From an uncultured Acidimicrobiales bacterium (GTDB lineage: Bacteria > Actinomycetota > Acidimicrobiia > Acidimicrobiales > JAHEJN01): 64,000 nt of DNA. Positions 56,567 to 64,000 of the stretch are shown piece after piece. The stretch lies in assembly GCA_963787285.1 (NCBI GenBank), contig CAWBCM010000017.1, positions 1,013-65,012 on the forward strand, given 5' to 3'. Both the position numbers and the translations under genes were made by a program. Each line of letters begins with the position of its first letter. Position 1 is the first letter of the stretch. Under the pieces are notes generated by a model. The model saw only the letters and a list, made by a program, of their open reading frames with translations. It searched no databases and was not told where the DNA came from.

Positions 56567-57406
56567 ATGAGGCGCCTCCGCCGATCACGCGTCGGCTGCA
56601 TCTTCCGTGGGCGGCTCGGCAATCAGATGCTGACCACGGCCGCCACCTTGGCCCACGCATGGGATCACGATCTGCGGCCGGTCTTCGGGTACTGGCAGCG
56701 AACCAATATCAGTGCGGTCGAGCACACGGGTTGGAACACCGTGACCCGAGCCTTCCCCCGACTGGCCACCGGTCCCTTCGCCTACTTCGGCCCGTCGACC
56801 TACGTGATCCGCGAGCGCGATCACACACCGACGAACCGACCCCTGCGCCACGTTCCGGGCCACGATCGCATGCTCGACGGGCTGTTCTCCGACGAGCGGT
56901 ACTTCGTGCGCCACCGGGCTCGGTTGCTCGACATGTTCCGACTCCCGCCCCGCCGTGCGCAGCCGTTGCGCGAGAAGTACGCGGCGGTCCTCGACGGCAC
57001 GACGGTGAGCCTGTCGGTGCGTCGTGGCGAGTACGCCCAGCCCGGACAACAGGTCCTCCGCCGCCTCGATCTCGAACCCGAGTGGTATCACCGGGCGCTC
57101 GAGCAGATCCCCGAGGTCGATCGCGCCCTGGTGTTCTCCGACGACCCGGAGTGGTGTCGTGAGCACCTGCGCATCGATCTCCCGACGACCATCGTGGCGG
57201 GCAATCGCGCCGTCGACGACATGATCCTGATGTCGTGGTGTGACCACCACGTGATCCCCAACTCCACCTTCGCCTGGTGGGGGGCTTGGCTCGACCCCGA
57301 TCCCTCGGCGGTCGTGGTGCAGCCCGACCGCTGGGTCACCGACTTCGGCCGCGGGCGGCTCGGCGACTGGAACTGCGGGAACCCCACCGGCTGGGTTCAG
57401 CTCTGA
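56567..57406 (+). CDS. Alpha-1,2-fucosyltransferase-like (GT11)
   Basis: GRLGNQM, SVRRGEY (variant of HxRRGDY), VFSDDPEWC, NSTFAWWGAWL. Confidence 0.88.
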   Translation: MRRLRRSRVGCIFRGRLGNQMLTTAATLAHAWDHDLRPVFGYWQRTNISAVEHTGWNTVTRAFPRLATGPFAYFGPSTYVIRERDHTPTNRPLRHVPGHDRMLDGLFSDERYFVRHRARLLDMFRLPPRRAQPLREKYAAVLDGTTVSLSVRRGEYAQPGQQVLRRLDLEPEWYHRALEQIPEVDRALVFSDDPEWCREHLRIDLPTTIVAGNRAVDDMILMSWCDHHVIPNSTFAWWGAWLDPDPSAVVVQPDRWVTDFGRGRLGDWNCGNPTGWVQL

Positions 57407-57446
57407 GCGTCGCGCCCTGCGAGGCGTGCGGTCGGTGACGATGTCA

Positions 57447-57971
57447 TCAGGGTGAGATCGGCCGCCTGGCGCTGGCCGCCATGGGGTTGCCGTCGGCACC
57501 GAAGGCGATGACCGACCACGTCATGCCGTTCGAAACGGCTGGTCCGAGGGCATCTTCGTCGAGCTTCGGTGCGCCCCCGACCGGGACCGAGGTGTCGGAG
57601 GTGCGCCAGCCCCAGTAGATCTTCTCGGCGGGGGAGAACAGGGCCACGATGTAGTAGTCGGCTCCCTCGATCGATGCCCACTCGAGCACCGGCCTCCGTC
57701 CGCCGCCCTGCGTCTCGGTGGTCTGCTCGAGTCCGGGAAGATCCAGATCGGCGGCGAACGCCGGGAAGTCGACGGAGGGGGTGGCGGCAGCAGTCGGCGT
57801 TGGCGCAGCGGCGGTGTCGGCGGCCGGGGCCGTGGCCGTGGGAGTCGCCTCGGTAGGTGTGGTCGCGCTCGGAGTCGGTGGCGTCGTCGTGGCCGGCAAC
57901 TCCGTGTCGTTCCCGCCGCAGCCCCAGCCGAAGACCGCAAGAGCGAGGAGAAGAGGGATCAGTCGTCTCAT
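57447..57971 (-). CDS. Hypothetical lipoprotein
   Basis: Signal MRRLIPLLLALAVFGWGC, Thr/Pro/Ala linker, beta-rich domain; ATGA overlap with the upstream gene. Confidence 0.75.
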   Translation of the reverse strand: MRRLIPLLLALAVFGWGCGGNDTELPATTTPPTPSATTPTEATPTATAPAADTAAAPTPTAAATPSVDFPAFAADLDLPGLEQTTETQGGGRRPVLEWASIEGADYYIVALFSPAEKIYWGWRTSDTSVPVGGAPKLDEDALGPAVSNGMTWSVIAFGADGNPMAASARRPISP

Positions 57972-59093
57972 CCGGCCCCTCCCAGCAGGCTGATCACGAT
58001 GGCGAGCGAGGACGTCGTCACCCTCCTGCGCGTCGGGATGGTCGGCGGCTGCCCGGGCATCGCTTTGCATGCGCTGCTCCATGAAGTCGGCGCCCTCGGC
58101 GTTCACCGCGCCCTCGCCGATCGCCCCGCCACTCGACAGAATCGCCACGAGCTGGACGAGATCGCGGAGGTCGACCTTGCCGTCGGCGAGGATCTGGTTG
58201 TCCATGGTGAGATTACCGAGCGTGAGCATCATGTTCGTCAGGGCGTTGACGTACTCCGCGATGACGTCGTCGCCGAACTGGGCCCGTTCACACAGCGTCA
58301 GGTTGTTCAGTTGATTGACGAGGACCACGGCCCTCGTCACGAGATCCCAGACCGTGTCCCAGGGGACCACGGGCACCCCTTGAATTTGGGGCTGTAGCCA
58401 CACCGTCTCCATCTGCTGTCGAAGGGCGACGATCTCCGGGATCACCTCCTCGATCTGCTCGCGGGCCTCCTGGTCGTCATCGGGCGGTAGGAGCAGGGCG
58501 TGCCAGTTTCCGGCGAAGGTGGGGGAGAACTGCTCGGCTCCGAGCATCGTGTTCCACGACATGATCCACTCACCCCACGCGTCGTTGCACAGAATGCCCG
58601 ACACTTGCAGCGCAATGGGACCGAAGGGGTCGGAGGCCTCGATCGGCATGCTGAAGCCGGCGTCGGCCTCGATGAAGGTGCCGGTCGACTGGATCGTGGA
58701 TGCGCCCAGGTTGAGCTCGCTTCGGGTGCCGGTGATGGGGCCCGCAGCCGAGTGCAGCAGGCCGACCTCCCCGTTGAGTTGTCCAGCAGGCGTGGCGAAG
58801 GTGAGAGTCCATCCCGTCACACCGTCGGTGAGCTCCCATTGACCGGTGGTGGAGCCCGAGAGCGGAACCTGCATCGCGAGGTCGACGGCGAAGGTGCCGT
58901 TGATGGTGATCTTGCCGCCGGCGGCAGTCGCCTCGGTTCGGCCGCCGGCCTCGGCGGAGCCCGTCCAACCACCGGGGGTCAGCTCGTCGAAGCCATCGAC
59001 TCCGGCTCCGGCCGGCGGCACGAGCGTTGCCGTCAGAGCAAAGGCCGGCACCAGAAGGCCCAATCGAAACCACGACCGCCCGACATTCCGCAT
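57968..59093 (-). CDS. Secreted hypothetical protein; probable frameshift near 58005
   Basis: Signal peptide ending PAGA; G/T-rich beta region then a helical region; -10 TACTGT 6 nt before ATG. Confidence 0.7.
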
Positions 59094-59154
59094 GGAGGAA
59101 CAGTAATGGGTGTTCCGTGTGGCCGCTCGGGGAGCGAGGCCAACACGATTCACG

Positions 59155-59811
59155 CTAGTCGTAGGTGTTCCATCCGGCGGCGCCGCCTCTGCTCGGTCGG
59201 GCGCGGCCGGGAACCCGCCGGGGCTCTCGATGTCGGGTCGTCGTGGGTTCGTATCTGGGGTGGCCGCTCAGGACGACGCGGACGATCTCCTCGAGGTGGT
59301 TCGCGACGTCTTCGGCAGGGAGGATCTCGATGGGACGCCACAGGCCACCGGTCGCGGCGATGGCGGCGATGGTTGCGGCGCCGGTCGGTTCGGGACCGGT
59401 GATCGCTCGGCGGAGTCGCTGCGTGGCCCGATCCAGGCGCTCGCCGAACGCTTCGTGCGTGGCCAGGTAGGTGTCCCGACGGATCAGAACGGCGACGTCA
59501 CGGTGCGCCAAGACGACCGCCACGAAGTCGGTCACCAGTCGTTCGACGCCCTCGGGCCACATCGGTTCGGCGGGGTGGGTCGCCATCGTGCGTTCGAGCT
59601 CGTCGAGGAACCCATCGGCGAGCGTGTGCAGGAGATCGTCGGTGGTGGCGAAGTGGTACCGCACCGCGGTCGAGGTCATGGCCACCGCTCGGGCGATGTC
59701 GGTCGGGGTGACGTTGAGAACGCCATCGGTGCCGTAGAGCCGCAGTGCCGCGGCGAGCACCTCGGGTCGGCGACTCGGGCGGCCCGCTGATCGCACTCCG
59801 GGAGCGTTCAC
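59155..59811 (-). CDS. TetR-family transcriptional regulator
   Basis: EVLAAALRLYGTDG....DIARAVAMTSTAVRYHFATTDDL HTH. Confidence 0.82.
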   Translation of the reverse strand: MNAPGVRSAGRPSRRPEVLAAALRLYGTDGVLNVTPTDIARAVAMTSTAVRYHFATTDDLLHTLADGFLDELERTMATHPAEPMWPEGVERLVTDFVAVVLAHRDVAVLIRRDTYLATHEAFGERLDRATQRLRRAITGPEPTGAATIAAIAATGGLWRPIEILPAEDVANHLEEIVRVVLSGHPRYEPTTTRHREPRRVPGRARPSRGGAAGWNTYD

Positions 59812-59962
59812 TTTCGACACCCTATGACGGAAACTTGATTGGGACAAACTATCACCGCCGATAAAACTTGATTCGAATGAAGTTAAGCCGCACGATCTCG
59901 TGAGATCCCGCGAACGCAGGGATCCCGCACTGCAGGTTGCAGCGCCGCGACCGGAGGTCGCC

Positions 59963-60568
59963 ATGAGTCTCGAAGTACCGCCAGCCATCTCGACGGACCG
60001 CCTGCCCGAGCCCATTCCCACGCCGCCCATGCCTCCGGAGAACACCACGATTCGCCGCGCGATCCGAGTGGTCCTCGCTGCGATGGGCTTCGTACTCCTG
60101 AGTGCCGTTCTGGCGGTCGCCGCCCTGGTCTTCGGCGGTTCCAGCGACGACGGCGTCGAGACCAGGGCCGCCGAGCAGACCACGGCGCCCGTTTCGGCCG
60201 CTCCCGTCGAGCGGCCCGCCGTCGACTCCACCTCCGCATCGGCCACCATCGATGATCCGGCTGCGCTGCTCTTGGCCTTCGGCGAGGCGTGGCGCACCGC
60301 GAACTGGGCGCAGATGCAGACCCTGGCAACCCCGGGTGTCGTCGCCACCGCACAGGAGTGGTTCAGCGAGGACGGCTACCCCAGCATCACCACCGACAAC
60401 ATGCAGGCCGTCCTCGACACCTGCATGGCCGTCGGCAGCGGTGGCGTGCAGTGCCAGTTCATCTACGCACCGCCCGAGGGCTACGGGCTGATATTCGACG
60501 CCACCTACACGGAGGGCGCGGCCGGCCTGATGCTGAGCCAGCTCAGCTTCGGCGGCGACGCCGGCTGA
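59963..60568 (+). CDS. Hypothetical single-pass membrane protein
   Basis: GGAGG RBS; Pro-rich N-terminus, one TM, small domain with two Cys. Confidence 0.7.
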   Translation: MSLEVPPAISTDRLPEPIPTPPMPPENTTIRRAIRVVLAAMGFVLLSAVLAVAALVFGGSSDDGVETRAAEQTTAPVSAAPVERPAVDSTSASATIDDPAALLLAFGEAWRTANWAQMQTLATPGVVATAQEWFSEDGYPSITTDNMQAVLDTCMAVGSGGVQCQFIYAPPEGYGLIFDATYTEGAAGLMLSQLSFGGDAG

Positions 60569-60663
60569 CAACCACGTCGTACCCGGCTCTTTCCCCGACG
60601 CGAACGGACACAACCCCGTCTGCCGAACGGTCGGAGCCGATCCCCGCCACTAAGGTCGGCCGG

Positions 60664-62259
60664 GTGCGACTTCGCCGCAACCTGATGGGCGGGCTGATGG
60701 CCGCCATGGTTGCCGCGACCCTGATCTCCGTCGGGCCCGACCCCGTCGGCGCGGTGAACGCGAGCCGCTGGTACTTCACCGACAGCCTCGCCGGAGGACC
60801 CGCACAGTTCGAGGTCGACTTCGGGCCGATGCACGGCGCCGACTTCTTCGTCGGCGACTGGAACGGCGACGGCACCGATGACATCGCCCATCGGAGGGGC
60901 AAGGTCATCACCCTTCTCGACATCCCGACCGGCAACACGGCGCAGATCGCATTCGGCAAGGCAGGCGACGAGATCTTCGTCGGTGACTTCGACGGTGACG
61001 GCGTCGACACGTTCGCAGTGCGGCGAGGCAATGTGTTCCTCATCAAGAACCGGGTGGCGTCGGGTCCCGCCGATTTCGCCATCGGGTTCGGCAAGGCCAC
61101 CGACGAGGTGCATGTGGGCGACTTCGACGGTGACGGGGTCGACACGTTCGCGGTCCGCCGTGGCAACGTCTACTTCGTGCGCAACTCCGTCACCACCGGC
61201 GTGGCCGACGGTGTGTTCGGCTACGGCAGAGCAGGCGACCAGGTACAGGTCGGCGACTGGGACGGCGATGGCCGCGACACGTTCGCGGTGCGGCGCGACA
61301 AGCTCGTCTATGTCCGCAACGACTTCGCCACCGCACCGGCCGAGTTCTCCTTCGCGTTCGGCAAAGCCGCCGACGAGCTCCACCCTGGCGACTGGGACGG
61401 CGACGGCCGCGACACGTTCGCAGTGCGACGCTTCGACCCGCTGGTCACGTCGATCCGCGCCGCGTTCATGTACCCCTGGTTCCCGTTCGCGTGGCTCCAG
61501 GGCTTCTCCCCGTTCACGAACTACACGCCCACGCTGGGTCTCTACAACTCCTCCGACGAGGCCACGATCCGCACCCAGCTCGACCTGGCCGGCCGCGCCC
61601 ACATCGACGCGTTCATCACCTCGTGGTGGGGCCCCGGCCATCACACCGACGATCCGCTCCCGACCTTGCTCGCCACGACGGTGGCCCCCGATTCGCCCAA
61701 CCCCGACATGAAGTGGGCCATCTACTACGAGGCCGAGGGCTACGGCGACCCCACGGCTGCGGAGATCAGCGCCGACCTCGACTACCTGGCCTCGAGGTAC
61801 TTCAGCCACCCCGCTTATCTGCGAGTCGACGGTGACCCGGTGGTCTTCGTGTACAGCGACGGCGGCGACGGAGCCGACATGACCCAGCGATGGCGTGATG
61901 CCGAGACAGCCTTCGGCTCCGGCCTCTACACGGCGCTCAAGGTGTTCTCGGGTTACCGCGACGTGGCCGACCAGCCCGACTCATGGCACTACTACGGACC
62001 GGCCGAGCAGTACGTGGACCTGTACCCGTACTCGGTGAGCATCTCGCCGGGGTTCTGGCTGGCGGGCCAGCCCCCACGGCTCGACCGCTCGCCCAGCCGG
62101 TTCAACAACGAAGTGCAGACCATGAACGACTCCAATGCGGCCTGGCAGCTCATCACCACGTGGAACGAATGGGGCGAAGGCACCTCGGTCGAACCGGCGG
62201 TCGAGTTCGGCACCACCTACATCGACATTCTCGCCGCGAACCCGCCACCGGTGGGGTGA
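60664..62259 (+). CDS. Secreted protein with five FG-GAP/VCBS-like repeats and a GH99/GH71-like glycoside hydrolase domain
   Basis: Repeats GD(F/W)xGDGxD..AxRR; YPWF, SWWG, AIYYE, HPAYLRVDG.PV, ISPGF, TWNEWGEGTSVEPA. Confidence 0.82.
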   Translation: MRLRRNLMGGLMAAMVAATLISVGPDPVGAVNASRWYFTDSLAGGPAQFEVDFGPMHGADFFVGDWNGDGTDDIAHRRGKVITLLDIPTGNTAQIAFGKAGDEIFVGDFDGDGVDTFAVRRGNVFLIKNRVASGPADFAIGFGKATDEVHVGDFDGDGVDTFAVRRGNVYFVRNSVTTGVADGVFGYGRAGDQVQVGDWDGDGRDTFAVRRDKLVYVRNDFATAPAEFSFAFGKAADELHPGDWDGDGRDTFAVRRFDPLVTSIRAAFMYPWFPFAWLQGFSPFTNYTPTLGLYNSSDEATIRTQLDLAGRAHIDAFITSWWGPGHHTDDPLPTLLATTVAPDSPNPDMKWAIYYEAEGYGDPTAAEISADLDYLASRYFSHPAYLRVDGDPVVFVYSDGGDGADMTQRWRDAETAFGSGLYTALKVFSGYRDVADQPDSWHYYGPAEQYVDLYPYSVSISPGFWLAGQPPRLDRSPSRFNNEVQTMNDSNAAWQLITTWNEWGEGTSVEPAVEFGTTYIDILAANPPPVG

Positions 62260-62290
62260 GCCGGCTGAGGCAGACTCCGCTCCTGTGCGG

Positions 62291-62909
62291 TCAACCCATC
62301 ATGGAGCGGAGTGCGGCCACCGCCGCAGCACGATTGTCGACCGCGAGCACGCGGAACACCGTCTCCAGGTGCTTCTTGACGGTGCCCTCGGACATGCCGA
62401 GCTCGCGGGCGAGCTGGGAATTGGTGCCACCGGTTCGGGCCAGGGCGATCGCCACGTCGGTCTGCCTCGGCGTGAGGCCGACGTCGACGAGCGGCGCGGC
62501 CTCGGCCGACTCGTCGGCGACCCGACGCATCAGCACGACGGTGGGTCCGAGTTTCACCGGGTGCACGACACAACGCCAACGGGCGTTCCCGATGGTGACG
62601 TCGTGGGTTCCCGTAGAACCGAGGCAATCGGTCGCGACAGAGACGGCTTTGCCGAGCAGGTCGGCGCCATCGGGGCGACCGTACTGATCGCGGACAGGCT
62701 GGAGCCCGGTGCGCTTCCCGTTCCGACCGACCTCGTCGGCGTCCCGGAGCCGAGCACGGCCGGAACCGTCTTCTTCGCGGCGAGCGGCACCGACGACTTC
62801 CAGTTCTTGCTCGACCGGTCAATCGGGTCGGATCCTCCAGATCAAGTGCGGCGAGTTGCTGGTGGTCGAGTCCCGAGCCGGGGAACGACGCCACGGTGTC
62901 CAGCGGCAT
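62291..62909 (-). CDS. LuxR-type HTH regulator; frameshifted N-terminus, start uncertain
   Basis: LTPRQTDV....TNSQLARELGMSEGTVKKHLETVFRVLAVDNRAAAV. Confidence 0.72.
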
Positions 62910-62928
62910 CGTGCCGCGTACCGCACCC

Positions 62929-63852
62929 CTAGTAGGGCCACCTGACCCGGGGACGGCCCGCCCTGATCCCGAGGTGGATGAATCCCTTCGGCGCGCCGAA
63001 TCCGACCGAGTACGGCCAGTTGTCGTCGCAGTACTTCTGCACACGGTTGATGTCCACGTTCTCGATGACGAAGTCGATGGCACCTTCCCCGGGGCGGTAG
63101 AGGTGTTCGGAGCCCTCGGCGCCCTTCACCCGACGATTGACCTCCGGAGGCCGATGTCCGCTGGTGATCGTGACCGGGTTGTTCCCGAAGTTCGCGCGCG
63201 CTCTCTCGACGAAGAGGCAGAGCTCGAGGCAGATGTCGCACTGCCCCTGGTTCTGGAAGCGCCGCTCCTCTTCGAGCATGGCGATCTCGCCGTAGGTGAT
63301 GTGCTCGGTGACCTTCATGGAAAAGCCACTGCCCGGGCTTATGCCCTGTGCCGCCTGTACTTCCTTGCCGTGAGGCATCTCGAGGGGGGCCGTGTGCATC
63401 GGCACGATGTCGATGTTGTGGGCGACGGCATACCCGCGCTGGCCGTCCTGTTCGACCAGGTACCAAGGCTTGCCCTTGTACAGCTTGCCTCGCACCTCTC
63501 CGAGCACCATGCATGTCGAGCCGCGGTCCATCTTGAAGGCAACCGGTTCGCTGGTCGTGGCGCCGGTGCGAACGTTGGTGAAGCTCTGCACGTTCTCGTT
63601 GACCCGTCCCTGCCTCACCACCACGTCGATGTTGAAGGCTGCGCTGTAGCCGAGTTGGCCGTCCTGTTCGACCTCGTACCACGGCTTGCCTCGGTACGGC
63701 TTGCCCGCGACCTCTCCGAGCACCGTGCATATCGAGCCGCGGTCCATCCTGAAGGCAATCGGTTCGTCGGTTGCCGGACCCGTGCGGACATTGGTGAAGC
63801 TCTGCACGTTGTTGTTGACCACCCCACGCACCAAGGTCAGCGACTCAGGCAT
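62929..63852 (-). CDS. Cell-wall peptidase: two SH3b-like repeats plus a peptidase M15A domain
   Basis: GAGGAGG RBS before MPESL; NVRTG...WY.VEQDGQ.GY twice; ITSGHRP..N, SEHL, AIDF, FIHLGIR zinc motifs. Confidence 0.85.
   Translation of the reverse strand: MPESLTLVRGVVNNNVQSFTNVRTGPATDEPIAFRMDRGSICTVLGEVAGKPYRGKPWYEVEQDGQLGYSAAFNIDVVVRQGRVNENVQSFTNVRTGATTSEPVAFKMDRGSTCMVLGEVRGKLYKGKPWYLVEQDGQRGYAVAHNIDIVPMHTAPLEMPHGKEVQAAQGISPGSGFSMKVTEHITYGEIAMLEEERRFQNQGQCDICLELCLFVERARANFGNNPVTITSGHRPPEVNRRVKGAEGSEHLYRPGEGAIDFVIENVDINRVQKYCDDNWPYSVGFGAPKGFIHLGIRAGRPRVRWPY
63400..63815 (-). repeat. Tandem 216-bp intragenic duplication (72 aa)
   Basis: TTGGTGAAGCTCTGCACGTT occurs at 63575 and 63791, with high identity continuing across the units. 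Confidence 0.88.
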
Positions 63853-64000
63853 TCTGATCCTCCTCGATCGGACTGCCCGGATTCGCAACGCTATTCCGTA
63901 GCGCGTCGAGGCACCGGAGCGCCTCCTCGGCCCGGGCTGCCGGAACGAGGAGATGATCGTGGAAGAACCCGGCGAGAACGTTGCACGGAATCGATGCCGC

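Noticed and set aside
57447-59153. Single 568-aa fusion protein
   Set aside because: An internal signal peptide with lipobox at 57971 and an alternate-frame stop with ATGA overlap indicate two genes joined by an indel.
60840-61430. Regularly spaced DNA repeats as a CRISPR-like array
   Set aside because: They are degenerate at third codon positions and encode FG-GAP-like protein repeats; no cas genes are present.

Overview
Two unrelated DNAs are joined in this window. Bases 1 to ~2153 are AT-rich eukaryotic sequence: a CHD/SNF2 chromatin-remodelling ATPase gene with short GT-AG introns and an apparent 4-nt micro-exon inside the Walker A motif. It joins abruptly into the middle of a bacterial proS gene, most likely as a read or assembly chimera. 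The other ~62 kb is very GC-rich actinobacterial chromosome (Acidimicrobiia-like, by inference) with many single-base indels that look like long-read errors. It carries (i) amino-acid and N-compound catabolism genes: a DavB-type monooxygenase, amidase, ureohydrolase, class III aminotransferase, RutB, a Liv-type ABC importer, a ThDP enzyme and an indoleamine 2,3-dioxygenase; (ii) a form I aerobic CO dehydrogenase operon with a divergent LysR; (iii) an uncharacterised 9-kb cluster of four ATP-grasp ligases, two alpha/beta-hydrolases and a glutamate-cysteine-ligase-like/CBS fusion, the best candidate for an undescribed system; (iv) cell-surface genes: GT11, a GH99-like/FG-GAP protein and an SH3b-peptidase M15 protein. 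No rRNA, tRNA or CRISPR array was recognised. All family assignments come from motif recognition, not database searches.
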